A DNA stretch of 64,000 bases from an uncultured Acidobacteriota bacterium. GTDB taxonomy: Bacteria > Acidobacteriota > Vicinamibacteria > Fen-336. Within the stretch, counting starts at the first letter, position 1. Every line of letters begins with the position of its first letter. The position numbers and the translations under genes were made by a program. Location: the NCBI GenBank assembly GCA_963720545.1, contig OY970399.1, positions 2,176,001-2,240,000 on the forward strand, given 5' to 3'. A model generated the notes under the pieces. The model was not told the origin of the DNA and ran no database searches. It was given only the letters and a program-made list of their open reading frames with translations. This document shows positions 21,355 through 30,967 of the stretch, piece by piece.

Positions 21355-22122
21355 CTACGACTCGTCGCCCGCAACCGGATTGCTGAGGATACCGACTCCG
21401 CCCACCTCGACCTCCACGATGTCGCCCTTCGCCAGCGGCCCGATGCCGGCGGGAGTGCCGGTCGAGATGATATCGCCGGGCAGCAGCGTCATCACCCGCG
21501 ACACCGCCCAGACGAGGTGCTCGACCGGAAAGATGAGCTGCGCGGTGCTGCTCTTCTGGCGCACCTGGCCGTTCACGCGGCACTCGACCACCAGGTCGCG
21601 ATGGTCGATTCCGCTCACCAGCCACGGGCCCACCGGGCAGAAGGTGTCGAAGCTCTTGGCGCGCGTGAACTGCACGTCCTTGTCCTGCAGGGTGCGCGCC
21701 GTGACGTCGTTGACGCACGTGATGCCAAAGACGTGCGCTGCCGCGTCCTGCGGATCCTTGAGGTTTGCCGCCTTGCTGCCGATGACCACGCCGAGTTCGG
21801 CTTCGTGATCGACGCGCCCCACCCACGGCCGGATACGGATCGCTTCACCAGGACCTATCAGCGACGACGGCGGCTTCAGGAACATGAGCGGCTCTTCGGG
21901 CAGCGGCTTGCCCCGCTCGGCGGCGTGGTCCTTGTAGTTGAGGCCGATCGCCACGATCTTCGTCGGCTGCGCCGGCGCCAGCAGTTTCGCGGCCGAGAGT
22001 TCGGTGGCGGCGCCCGTCGGCTTGCCGCCGTCCCACGGCGCCGCCCCGAGGTGCTGGTAGCGCCCGTCCTCCTCGCGCGCCCATGCGGGCCCAGAGGCTG
22101 TTTCGATACGGACGAACTTCAT
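21355..22122 (-). CDS. Fumarylacetoacetate hydrolase family protein
   Basis: [36 protein letters not shown] and TGTPAG. Confidence 0.92.
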   Translation of the reverse strand: MKFVRIETASGPAWAREEDGRYQHLGAAPWDGGKPTGAATELSAAKLLAPAQPTKIVAIGLNYKDHAAERGKPLPEEPLMFLKPPSSLIGPGEAIRIRPWVGRVDHEAELGVVIGSKAANLKDPQDAAAHVFGITCVNDVTARTLQDKDVQFTRAKSFDTFCPVGPWLVSGIDHRDLVVECRVNGQVRQKSSTAQLIFPVEHLVWAVSRVMTLLPGDIISTGTPAGIGPLAKGDIVEVEVGGVGILSNPVAGDES

Positions 22123-23360
22123 TGCTGGGTCCCTGCCTGCGCCGATGCCGTCGGCGCGCTCTCGTTGCCGGCCTTGTCGAACGCGACCACCGTGTATTGA
22201 TAGACGACGCCGGGCTTCGCCGTCTGGTCGGTGAACTTGGTGGTGGCGGCGTCCGTCTCGTGCAGCAACGCCGGCTTGCCGCCTTGAGCCGCGCGCATCA
22301 CCCGGTAGCCGGCCAGGTCGGGAACGGCGACCGCATCCCACACGATCTCGACCGCCTGGTCGCGGACGAAGGCCGCCATGCCGGTGGGTGTCGGCGGCGC
22401 AGCGAGATCCTCGAGGCGCACGCAGATTTCCTGCGAGTCGGCGCTCTCGACCAGCGGATCGAGGAACACCACCGCGCGCACCGTGTAGCAGGATGTCGCC
22501 TCGGTCGGCGCGTCCACGTCCTCGAACTCGGTGAGCGAGAGCGGCGCCGTGTTCAGCGGCGAGGTTGGGTACGTGCCTTCCTGGTCACGGCGGAACACGC
22601 GGTAGGTAACCGCCGGCGAGGGTGGCGGCGATGGCGAGTGAGACGGCGATGGACTCGCACCCGGGGAGGCTCCGGGCACCGGCGACGCGTCGGGCGAAGG
22701 TGTCGGCGTGGGTGTCGGCGTCGGCGTGGGTGTCGGCGTCGGCGTGGGCGTCGGCGTCGGGCCTGGCGAGGGCGACGGCGATGCGCCCGGGCGGCCGGGC
22801 CGGCCGCTGGGCGTCGGCTGGGGCAGCGGCCGCGTCGGCCCAAAACCTGGCGGCGCGGGCGGCGGCGGCGCGATCGCCGCCCATTCCACGTGGATGCCCC
22901 GGGCAGCGAGCGCGACGCAGAGCGCCGTGGGGACTTCCACCGGCTCGCGCACGACCAGGCTCAACACCTGCGAGGCCGCCGAGAAGCGCTTGTTGGCGGC
23001 TGCGCGCAGCGACACGCGCACCGTGGTCCTGGCGGCAGGCAGCGGAAACACCTCGCTCAGCGCCTCGCCGGGCGCCGCCTGCTTGCTGGTCTTCTTCGCG
23101 TGCTTGGCGAAATCGCCCGGACCCTCGGCATAGGAAAGCTCGATGTCGAGCACCGGCGGCGGCGTGCCGTCGGTCATGGCGCGCGGCACCTGGTAGCTCA
23201 GCAGCAGCTTGCTGCCGCTCTGCGAGAGCTTCACCGCCGAGACCGCCTGCGGCAGCACCCGGATCGGCGGCAGCGGGTCGCCCTTCTTGCCGCACGCGCT
23301 ACCAGCCGCCACCACAGCCAGGGCTGCAGCGAGGATACGGCGAGCGGAGAGGCGTCTCAT
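22119..23360 (-). CDS. Lipoprotein with fibronectin type III domains and a Pro/Thr-rich linker
   Basis: Lipobox AGSA-C followed by [11 protein letters not shown]3 motif [19 protein letters not shown] repeats. Confidence 0.8.
   Translation of the reverse strand: MRRLSARRILAAALAVVAAGSACGKKGDPLPPIRVLPQAVSAVKLSQSGSKLLLSYQVPRAMTDGTPPPVLDIELSYAEGPGDFAKHAKKTSKQAAPGEALSEVFPLPAARTTVRVSLRAAANKRFSAASQVLSLVVREPVEVPTALCVALAARGIHVEWAAIAPPPPAPPGFGPTRPLPQPTPSGRPGRPGASPSPSPGPTPTPTPTPTPTPTPTPTPTPSPDASPVPGASPGASPSPSHSPSPPPSPAVTYRVFRRDQEGTYPTSPLNTAPLSLTEFEDVDAPTEATSCYTVRAVVFLDPLVESADSQEICVRLEDLAAPPTPTGMAAFVRDQAVEIVWDAVAVPDLAGYRVMRAAQGGKPALLHETDAATTKFTDQTAKPGVVYQYTVVAFDKAGNESAPTASAQAGTQQ
22699..22760 (-). repeat. 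Hexamer tandem repeat (GGYGTS)n encoding about 10 Pro-Thr units
   Basis: ggtgtcggcgtg/ggtgtcggcgtcggcgtg units read directly. Confidence 0.9.
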
Positions 23361-23400
23361 GCGTTCATGATGGTGGGCGCGGCGTTTCGTGCGGTCGAGC

Positions 23401-23408
23401 TTAGTATA
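23401..23408. promoter_or_regulatory. Overlapping divergent -10 elements (TAGTAT on +, TATACT on -)
   Basis: ttagtata lies in the short gap between the divergent genes starting at 23360 and 23415. Confidence 0.5.
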
Positions 23409-23414
23409 TCGACC

Positions 23415-23810
23415 GTGGCTCCCCTGCCTGGCGCACGCGGCGATGCGCCGCTGCGCCTCCTGTCGCTCCTTTCCGGCTGGTACGACGTAGCACTCGCCGC
23501 GGCGATGCTGTTCTTCTCGCCGCAGATGGCGGCGCTCTTCGGCGCGCCGCAGCCGGTGCCGATGGTGAACGCGCAGCTGAACGGCGTCTTCACGCTGACG
23601 CTCGGCGCCGGCTATTTCTGGGCGGTGCGCGACCTCGGGGCGCGCCGCGGCTACTTGTGGTTCGCCTCGGTGCTCGCCAAGGGCCTGGGCGCTTTGCTCT
23701 TCGTCTACGACCACTTCGCGAACGGCTCCCCGGCGAGCTTCCTCCTGTTCGCGGCGAGCGACGGTTCGCTCGCGCTCCTCACCTTGTACCTGCTGCTCGC
23801 GAAGCGCTAG
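23415..23810 (+). CDS. Small integral membrane protein (about 4 TM helices)
   Basis: Four hydrophobic segments; GTG 7 nt after TAGTAT (-10), possibly leaderless. Confidence 0.7.
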   Translation: MAPLPGARGDAPLRLLSLLSGWYDVALAAAMLFFSPQMAALFGAPQPVPMVNAQLNGVFTLTLGAGYFWAVRDLGARRGYLWFASVLAKGLGALLFVYDHFANGSPASFLLFAASDGSLALLTLYLLLAKR

Positions 23811-23834
23811 TACACGCCGCGGCGCCGGCCGCGA

Positions 23835-24794
23835 TCAGTACTCGGTGACTTCGGTGCGCTTGTCGAATTCGGCGTCGCTCAGCCGTCCCGACGCGCGCTC
23901 GACGAGGTCCTTCTTCTTCGCACGGATCACGAGTGTCTTGGTCGGCTGGCGGCGCATCTCGAAGAACCCGTCCGGGACGAAGTTGACGGCCACCACCACC
24001 TGGTCGTCGCCGCGCAGGAAGTCGAGGTGCGGCGCCTCGGCGGCCAGCACGTTCGTGACCGCGACACGGATCTGCGCCAGCACCTGGCGCGGGTCGGGCA
24101 GCGGTTCGTCCTCGCCTTCCGCCTCGAGCCAGTTGACCCAAGGGGGCGTCATGTCCGGCGCGATCGGTTCGGTGAACCCGGCGGGCGGCGCGGGCGCCAC
24201 CGGTGCCACGGGTGCTGCGGGTGCTGGAGCCGCCGGCGCCGCGACCACAGGCGGCACTGGCGCTGCCGCAGCCGGCGGCGGCGGGACGCGCACGTTGCTC
24301 GGCGACTCGGGCGGTTCCGGCGGTGCCGCGACCTGCTGCAGCCGGCCCTCGCTGTCCACGAGCCGCAGGCGCGCCATCTGTTCGAGCGCCGCCATCGCGC
24401 GCGCCAGCGCCAGGTCGGCTTCCTCGCGCACCTTCTCGTGCGCCTGCAGCTGCTGCTGCATGTCGGAGAGGGCGCGCGCGTCGATTGGCGAGAGTGCTCG
24501 CCGCCGCGGCAGCTCGCGCAACCTGATGATGCGAGCGCCTTCGTTCTCGCCGGGCAGCGGCCGCGGCGCCAGCACGAACACCAGCCCGTAGCCGGGGATG
24601 ACGATCCCCTGCCCGCGCGACGGCGTGAACTCCCAGGCGTAGGCGTTGCGGGTGACCTCGCCGATCGCCTGGTCGAGGCTGAGGCTGACGCGGAAGATCT
24701 GGTCGCGCTGCGGCTGCTGGGCCGCGGCGGGGCGCGCGCCCAGAGGCGCCAGCAGCGCCGCAAGCAGCAGGGTCACGGTCGTGGCGATCTTCAT
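23835..24794 (-). CDS. Hypothetical exported protein, Pro/Ala-rich
   Basis: Signal peptide MKIATTVTLLLAALLAPLGARPAAA; third gene of the ECF operon. Confidence 0.7.
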   Translation of the reverse strand: MKIATTVTLLLAALLAPLGARPAAAQQPQRDQIFRVSLSLDQAIGEVTRNAYAWEFTPSRGQGIVIPGYGLVFVLAPRPLPGENEGARIIRLRELPRRRALSPIDARALSDMQQQLQAHEKVREEADLALARAMAALEQMARLRLVDSEGRLQQVAAPPEPPESPSNVRVPPPPAAAAPVPPVVAAPAAPAPAAPVAPVAPAPPAGFTEPIAPDMTPPWVNWLEAEGEDEPLPDPRQVLAQIRVAVTNVLAAEAPHLDFLRGDDQVVVAVNFVPDGFFEMRRQPTKTLVIRAKKKDLVERASGRLSDAEFDKRTEVTEY

Positions 24795-24799
24795 GACGC

Positions 24800-25468
24800 T
24801 CACTTCCCCGCCGCCGACGCCTGGATCAGGTAGCCCATGAGCTCGGTGGTGCGCGCCGCCTGCTGTCCGTTCTTGCCGTCGAGGAAGCTGAGGCTGGCGC
24901 TCACCCTGGCGAGGTCCATGCGCCGCTGCCGCTCGGCCGCCGTGGAGAAGGCGGCAAGCGTCGTGCGGTAGTGCTCCTGCTGCCGGGCTTCGCTCTGCGC
25001 GATCATTTCCCGCACCTGGCGCAGGAACGCATCGCCCTGCGGGCTGCCGGCCTGCGGCTCCCGGGCCGTGAGCGCCACGCGCAGCTCCTGGATCTCGGCG
25101 CGCTGGCGCTCGTCGGCGGCGGCGAGCAGCGCCGCGACTCGTGCCGGGGTCTCGGTGGCGGCGCTGCGTCCCCAGAAGAAAGCGCCGCCCACGAGCAGCA
25201 GCACTGCAGCGGCCGCGGCGAAGCTTCGCAGGTACGCAGTGCGCGGCTGCCGCGGAAGCGGGCCGGCAACCGGCAGCCGCCACTCGGCGAGCCGGACGCG
25301 CAGCTGGCGCAGCTCCGCAACCTCGTCGCGGCAGGCGGCGCACGAGGCGACGTGCGACTGGAGACTGGCGCTCGCCTCCCCCGCCGCTTCACCGTAGACC
25401 AGGTCGAGGAGCTCCTCGCTCCTTCCGCATGTTGCTGTTGCGCTCGGCATCGTCTTGTCCTCTTTCAT
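24800..25468 (-). CDS. Zinc-finger (ZAS/zf-HC2) anti-sigma factor
   Basis: HVASCAAC (HxxxCxxC); one TM helix; ATGA overlap with the sigma gene. Confidence 0.85.
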   Translation of the reverse strand: MKEDKTMPSATATCGRSEELLDLVYGEAAGEASASLQSHVASCAACRDEVAELRQLRVRLAEWRLPVAGPLPRQPRTAYLRSFAAAAAVLLLVGGAFFWGRSAATETPARVAALLAAADERQRAEIQELRVALTAREPQAGSPQGDAFLRQVREMIAQSEARQQEHYRTTLAAFSTAAERQRRMDLARVSASLSFLDGKNGQQAARTTELMGYLIQASAAGK

Positions 25469-26061
25469 GATTCTGCTGCTTTCGAAAGCGGCGCCGCCGC
25501 CATCGCGCCGCTGCGGACGCCGCGTTCCAGGAGACGCACGCGCAGCACGCCGAGCGCCCGGTAGAGGCGGGTCTTCACCGTGGAAGTGGGCACGCCAAGG
25601 ATGTCGGCGATCTCGACGAAGGTGAGTTCCTGGTATTCCTTCAGGATCACCACCTCCCGCTCCTCGTCGGGCAGCTCCGCAACCGCGGCGGCCACGAGCC
25701 GCGCCAAATCGCCCCGGACCACGTCGTCGTACGCGGTTGCGGTGCGTGCCGGCAGCGCCGCGTGCTCTTCGAGCGCATCGATGCTGACGAACGACCGCAC
25801 CTTGCGGCGCCGCAGCCGGTCGCGGCACAGGTTGAGCCCGATCTGGTAGAGCCACGACGAGAACTTGGCCTCGCGCTTGAACCCCGGCAACGCCCGGTAT
25901 GCCTTGAGGAATGCCTCCTGGCTGACGTCGCGCGCTTCCTCCGCGGAACCGAGCACACGGTGCGCCGCGCCGCGAATCTGCCGCTCCCAGCGGAGCGTCA
26001 ACTCGTCGAAGCAGCCGACGTCGCCGGCCTGGAAAGCCGCGACCAGCTCTTCGTCCGTCAT
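25465..26061 (-). CDS. ECF sigma-70 factor
   Basis: Region 2 DVSQEAFLKAY..FSSWLYQI; region 4 EIADILGVPTSTVKTRLYRA. Confidence 0.92.
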   Translation of the reverse strand: MTDEELVAAFQAGDVGCFDELTLRWERQIRGAAHRVLGSAEEARDVSQEAFLKAYRALPGFKREAKFSSWLYQIGLNLCRDRLRRRKVRSFVSIDALEEHAALPARTATAYDDVVRGDLARLVAAAVAELPDEEREVVILKEYQELTFVEIADILGVPTSTVKTRLYRALGVLRVRLLERGVRSGAMAAAPLSKAAES

Positions 26062-26158
26062 CGCGTCATCCGAATATACCCATCGTCGCCCACACGTCGA
26101 CCGTCATCCTGTCCAATTAGACGCCCCTGACCCCGGGCAGGCCATTATTTATGTCGAT

Positions 26159-27052
26159 CTACTTTTGTTTGTGGGACCGTGGATGAGTTTTTCCATATAT
26201 CTGCATAATATGGCGGAGATCCACGTGCGTATAGCGCTGTGTTGTGGACAGGCTGGAGTGGCCCAGAAGTTCTTGAATAGAACGGAGATCCGCCCCTCTT
26301 TGCAGCAAGTGTGTGGCAAAGGAGTGACGCAGACTGTGCGGGCTGATCCGCCGGTTCGTAGCCGTCTGGGCGACCCGTCTTGCGATCAGGCGGCGCACCG
26401 ATCTATCTGTCAATCGCCCACCTTTTTGGTTGACGAACAGCGCGTCACCGGCGCTCCTGCGGCCCTTTCGTGCCCCGAAGTAGGCCGTGAGGCTGCGCCG
26501 CGCCGCCTCGCCGAACGGCACGATTCGTTCCTTGCTGCCCTTGCCGACGACACGGATCATGCCGGCGGCCATGTCCACCTCGCCCGAGTCGAGAGAGACG
26601 AGTTCGCCGCAGCGGATCCCGGTGCCGTACAAGAGCTCGAGGATGGCGCGGTCGCGCAGCGCCGCGAAGTCGTCGCCCGGCAGGTCGAGAAAGGCCGGCA
26701 CCTCGCTTTCCTCCAGATGCTCCGGGATGCGCCGTTCGGTCCGCGGTGAGAGGAGCGCCCTGGCCGGGTTCTTCGCGAGGATGCCCTCGCGGCACAAGAA
26801 GCGGAAGAAGGTGCGCAGCGCGGCGAGCTTGCGGCCAGCGGAAGTCTTGCGCAGGCCCGCGTCGTGCAGGTGGGCGAGGAAGCCGCGGATGAGCGTGTGG
26901 TCCACCTGGCGCGGCCGCGGCTCACGGCCGAGGCTTGCCTCCGCCCAGGCGGTGAACTGGCCGAGGTCCTGGGCGTAGGCGCGGGCCGTATGCGCCGAGA
27001 CGTTGCGCTCGCTTTCCAGGTGACGAATGAAGGCCGCCACCGCCTTCTTCAT
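26159..27052 (-). CDS. xerC: Tyrosine recombinase XerC
   Basis: R-K-HxxR-H-Y catalytic set intact ([34 protein letters not shown]); conserved position after trmFO. Confidence 0.88.
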   Translation of the reverse strand: MKKAVAAFIRHLESERNVSAHTARAYAQDLGQFTAWAEASLGREPRPRQVDHTLIRGFLAHLHDAGLRKTSAGRKLAALRTFFRFLCREGILAKNPARALLSPRTERRIPEHLEESEVPAFLDLPGDDFAALRDRAILELLYGTGIRCGELVSLDSGEVDMAAGMIRVVGKGSKERIVPFGEAARRSLTAYFGARKGRRSAGDALFVNQKGGRLTDRSVRRLIARRVAQTATNRRISPHSLRHSFATHLLQRGADLRSIQELLGHSSLSTTQRYTHVDLRHIMQIYGKTHPRSHKQK

Positions 27053-27081
27053 TTCGCTATTTTCTCTGCTTCGCCCACGCG

Positions 27082-28422
27082 CTACGCCGTGGTGCCGAGG
27101 CTGCGGCCGCGGAACAGTGCGATCGCGTCCAGGGCGCGCCGCGCCTGCGCCGCGCGGCGCTTCTGCTTGTCGCGAATCTTCTGCGGCAGCTCGGGCAGGA
27201 GCCCGAAGGCGATGTTCGTCGGCTGGTAGTTCTGCGGATCGCTTTGCGAGATGTAGCGGCCGAGGGAGCCAAGCGCCGACTCTTCCGGAAACGCCGCCGT
27301 TTCTTCGCCGCTCGCGAGCCGCGCGGCATTGACGCCGGCGATGAGGCCGGAGGCCGCCGACTCGACATAACCCTCGACGCCCGACATCTGCCCGGCGAAA
27401 AAGAGGCCGGGGCGGGTGCGCGCCTCGAAAGTCGGGAAGAGCGTGGCGGGGGAGTTCACGTAGGTGTTGCGGTGGATCATGCCGTGGCGCACGAACTCGG
27501 CACGCTCGAGCCCGGGAATCAGGCGGAAGACGGTCTTCTGGTCGCCCCACTTCAGCTGCGTCTGGAAACCGACCATCGAGAAATGGCTGGCGGCGAGGTT
27601 GTCCTGGCGCAACTGCACCACGGCGAACGGCCGCCGGCCGGTGCGCGGATCGGTGAGGCCCACCGGCTTCATCGGCCCGAAGCGCAACGTGTCGGGACCA
27701 CGGCTCGCGATCACCTCGACCGGCAGGCACCCCTCGAAGAAGAACTCGTGCTCGAAGTCCTTGACGCTCGCGCATTCCGCGCTCATGAGCGCCGCGAGGA
27801 ACGCCGCGTACTGCGCTTCGTCCAAAGGACAGTTGAGGTAGTCGTCGCCGCCCTTGCCGTAGCGCGACTGGCGGAAGGTCCTGGTCTCGTCGATGCTGTC
27901 GGCTTCGAGCACCGGGCTGACGGCGTCGTAGAAGTAGAGGTGCTCGCGGCCGACGAAGGCAGCGATCTTCGCCGCGAGCGTTGCCGAGGTGAGCGGCCCG
28001 GTGGCGACGATCGCGAGCGGGTCGTCCGGCAGGGCGGTGATCTCCTCGCGGTGCACCGTGACGAGCGGGTGGTCGCGGAGCACTTGCGTGACGCCGCGCG
28101 CGAACAGGCCGCGGTCGACGGCCAGCGCCGAGCCCGCCGGCACGCGCACCGAGTCGGCGACGCGCAGCACCAGCGAGTCCATGCGGCGCATTTCTTCCTT
28201 CAGCAGGCCCGCGGCCTGGTCGAGGGCGTCGCCGCGCAGGCTGTTGGAGCAGACGAGCTCGGCGAAGTCGCCGGTCTGGTGCACCGGCGTCGCCACCACC
28301 GGCCGCATTTCATGCAGGTCGACGGCGATGCCGCGACTCACCAGCTGCCACGCAGCTTCGCTGCCGGCGAGGCCCGCGCCCACCACGCGCACGCGCGGCG
28401 TCGGCTGCGGCGTGGACGTCAC
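27082..28422 (-). CDS. trmFO: Folate/FAD-dependent tRNA m5U54 methyltransferase
   Basis: [33 protein letters not shown] and GVEGYVES. Confidence 0.95.
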   Translation of the reverse strand: MTSTPQPTPRVRVVGAGLAGSEAAWQLVSRGIAVDLHEMRPVVATPVHQTGDFAELVCSNSLRGDALDQAAGLLKEEMRRMDSLVLRVADSVRVPAGSALAVDRGLFARGVTQVLRDHPLVTVHREEITALPDDPLAIVATGPLTSATLAAKIAAFVGREHLYFYDAVSPVLEADSIDETRTFRQSRYGKGGDDYLNCPLDEAQYAAFLAALMSAECASVKDFEHEFFFEGCLPVEVIASRGPDTLRFGPMKPVGLTDPRTGRRPFAVVQLRQDNLAASHFSMVGFQTQLKWGDQKTVFRLIPGLERAEFVRHGMIHRNTYVNSPATLFPTFEARTRPGLFFAGQMSGVEGYVESAASGLIAGVNAARLASGEETAAFPEESALGSLGRYISQSDPQNYQPTNIAFGLLPELPQKIRDKQKRRAAQARRALDAIALFRGRSLGTTA

Positions 28423-28423
28423 T

Positions 28424-30967
28424 TCACGCAGCCCGTTTGTAGTGGCATTCCTCGTTGCCGCAGAACACCACCTTGCCGTCCTTCTTCGTTTCCTTCTCGA
28501 GCAGGTAGGCGCGGCCGCAATCGGGGCAGGGCTCCGGCAGGGGCTTGTTGTAGGCCGTGAACTTGCAGTCGGGGTAGCGTTTGCAGCCGTAGAAGAAGCG
28601 GCCCCAGCGGCCCTTGCGCTCCACCACCTGGCCCTCGCCGCACTCCGGGCAGGTCATGCCGATCTCGCGCGCTTCCTTCTTCTTTATGTACTTGCAGTTG
28701 GGGTAGTCGCTGCACGCGATGAACGGGCCGAAGCGCCCGCGCCGCCACATCAGCGGATGCCCCGACTCCGGGCAGGTCTCGTCGATCGGCGCGAGCTTCT
28801 CCACCTGCAGCTTGCCGCCCTCGCCGCGGATCAGGCGCTTGGTCTCCTTGCACTCGGGATAGAGCGCACACGCCAGGAACGGACCGAAGCGGCCCTTGCG
28901 CAGCACCATGGCCTGGTCGGGATGGCGCGGGCACATCTCGGCGGCCACGTCCTCATGCAGCTCCGGGCCGCCTTCGCTCACGCCCTCGAGCTGGCGCGTG
29001 TTCTTGCACTCGGGGTAGTTGGAGCAGGCGAGGAACTTGCCGTAGCGGCCCCACTTGATGACCATGGGGGAGCCACACTTGTCGCACTTCTCGTCGGTCT
29101 TCTCCTCCATGCCCTTGATGTCCTTCATCTTCTTGCGGGCGCGGAGCAGGTCTTTCTCGAACTTGCCCCAGAAGGTGGTGAGCGTGTTGAGGTAGTTGTC
29201 GGTGCCGTCCTCGATCTCGTCCAGTTCCTTTTCCATCGCCGCCGTGTACTCGACGTCGACGATGTCCTTGAAGTTCTCGACCAGCAGGTCGGTGACCACG
29301 AAGCCGAGCTCGGTGGGAAAGAGCTTGGCGTCGCGCTTCTCGATGTATTCGCGGGTCTCGATGGTCGCGATGATCGAGGCGTAGGTGGACGGCCGGCCGA
29401 TGCCGTTTTCTTCCAGCTCCTTCACGAGCGTCGCTTCCGAGAAGCGTGGCGGGGGCTGGGTGAAGTGCTGGTCGGTGTCGAGCTTGTTGAGCTTCAGCAC
29501 GTCGCCAACCGCGAGCGGCGGCAGCACGCCGGCCGCGGCTTCGGGCTCGGTGTCGTCGTCCGCCGCCTGCTCCGGCTCCTGCGACGGCTTGACCTCGCGC
29601 CGCTCGTCGGGCGTTTCCTCGTAAGCGGCGAGGAATCCCTTGAACTTCATGGTCGAACCCTTGGCGCGCAACAGGTAGGAGGCGGCACCGATGTCGACGA
29701 TCGTCTCGTCGTAGACGGCGGGCTTCATCTGCGAAGCGACGAAGCGGTTCCAGACGAGCCGATAGAGTGCCAGCTCATCCTTCGACAAGAAGCGCTTGAT
29801 CGACTCGGGATCGTGCTGCAGGTCGGTGGGGCGGATGGCTTCGTGCGCGTCCTGCGCATCCTTCCGCGACTTGTAGAAGATCGGCTTCTCGGGAAGGAAG
29901 TCGGCGCCGTAGTCGCTGCCGATGCGGCCGCGCACGGCGTCTAGCGCATCGTTCGAAACGCGTGTCGAGTCGGTGCGCATGTAGGTGATGAGGCCGACGG
30001 CACCTTCAGCGCCGAGCTCGATGCCCTCGTAGAGCCGCTGCGCCACCTGCATCGTCTTCTTCACGCTGAAGCGCAGCTTCTTGAACGCTTCCTGCTGCAG
30101 CTTCGAGGTGATGAACGGCGGCACCGGGAAGCGGCGGCGCTCCTTGGCTTCGACCTTGTCGACGCGGAAGGTCGCCGCCTCGAGGTCGGCGCGCACTGCC
30201 GCCGCCTCGTCGCCGTTGCCGATCTCGAGGTTCTTGCCGGCCCTCTTCAGCAGGTTCGCGAGGAAGGGCGGCGGCGCACCGGCGCCGAGGTGGGCGGCGA
30301 CCGTCCAGTATTCCTCGCTGACGAACGCCTTGATCTCGCGTTCGCGCTCGCAGATGAGGCGCAGCGCCACCGACTGCACGCGGCCTGCCGAGCTGCCGCG
30401 CTTGACCTTCTCCCAGAGGATCGGGCTCACGCCGAAACCCACCAGGCGGTCGAGCACCCGGCGCGCCTGCTGCGCGTCCACCTTCTTCTCGTCGATGTCG
30501 GCGGGGTGCTCGAAGGCCGCAGCCACCGCCTTCTTGGTGATCTCGTGGAACACGACCCGCTTCACCTTCTTGCGCGCCTTCGCCGACAGTTCCTCGGCGA
30601 TGTGCCAGCAGATCGCCTCGCCCTCGCGATCGGGGTCGGCGGCCAGGAAGATTGCGGGCGCATCGGCAGCGGCCGCCTTGATCTCGTCCATGATCTTCTT
30701 GCGGGTGGCGAGGATTTCGTATTGCGGGTGGAAGCCCTGGGCGATGTCCACACCGGCGATCTCGATGCCCCTGGGCTCGGCTCTGGCACCCTTGACCCTG
30801 GGTTTGGCGGCGCTCTTCTTTGCGCCCGGCACGCGCACCGCGACCCGCTTCTTGGGCAGGTCGCGGACGTGGCCCATGGAGGCCTTCACCTGATAGTCCC
30901 TGCCCAGGTACTTGTTGATTGTCTTGGCTTTAGCCGGCGACTCGACAATGACGAGGTTCTTGGTCAA
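28424..30967 (-). CDS. topA: DNA topoisomerase I with C-terminal zinc ribbons
   Basis: IVESPAKAKTI, DPDREGE, SAGRVQS, ITYMRTDS and GIGRPSTY. Confidence 0.95.
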   Translation of the reverse strand: MTKNLVIVESPAKAKTINKYLGRDYQVKASMGHVRDLPKKRVAVRVPGAKKSAAKPRVKGARAEPRGIEIAGVDIAQGFHPQYEILATRKKIMDEIKAAAADAPAIFLAADPDREGEAICWHIAEELSAKARKKVKRVVFHEITKKAVAAAFEHPADIDEKKVDAQQARRVLDRLVGFGVSPILWEKVKRGSSAGRVQSVALRLICEREREIKAFVSEEYWTVAAHLGAGAPPPFLANLLKRAGKNLEIGNGDEAAAVRADLEAATFRVDKVEAKERRRFPVPPFITSKLQQEAFKKLRFSVKKTMQVAQRLYEGIELGAEGAVGLITYMRTDSTRVSNDALDAVRGRIGSDYGADFLPEKPIFYKSRKDAQDAHEAIRPTDLQHDPESIKRFLSKDELALYRLVWNRFVASQMKPAVYDETIVDIGAASYLLRAKGSTMKFKGFLAAYEETPDERREVKPSQEPEQAADDDTEPEAAAGVLPPLAVGDVLKLNKLDTDQHFTQPPPRFSEATLVKELEENGIGRPSTYASIIATIETREYIEKRDAKLFPTELGFVVTDLLVENFKDIVDVEYTAAMEKELDEIEDGTDNYLNTLTTFWGKFEKDLLRARKKMKDIKGMEEKTDEKCDKCGSPMVIKWGRYGKFLACSNYPECKNTRQLEGVSEGGPELHEDVAAEMCPRHPDQAMVLRKGRFGPFLACALYPECKETKRLIRGEGGKLQVEKLAPIDETCPESGHPLMWRRGRFGPFIACSDYPNCKYIKKKEAREIGMTCPECGEGQVVERKGRWGRFFYGCKRYPDCKFTAYNKPLPEPCPDCGRAYLLEKETKKDGKVVFCGNEECHYKRAA

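Noticed and set aside
22699..22760. Tandem repeat as CRISPR or other non-coding array
   Set aside because: In-frame hexamers coding Pro-Thr; no spacers and no cas genes.
26062..26158. Autoregulatory ECF promoter (CGTCTA on the minus strand)
   Set aside because: No convincing AAC-containing -35 element at the right spacing.
25865..26749. Plus-strand ORF with protein-like composition opposite xerC
   Set aside because: Antisense shadow of the recombinase catalytic region; no independent evidence.
26159..27052. Tyrosine recombinase as a prophage or integron integrase
   Set aside because: It sits in the conserved topA-trmFO-xerC housekeeping context; no att sites, cassettes or phage genes were seen.
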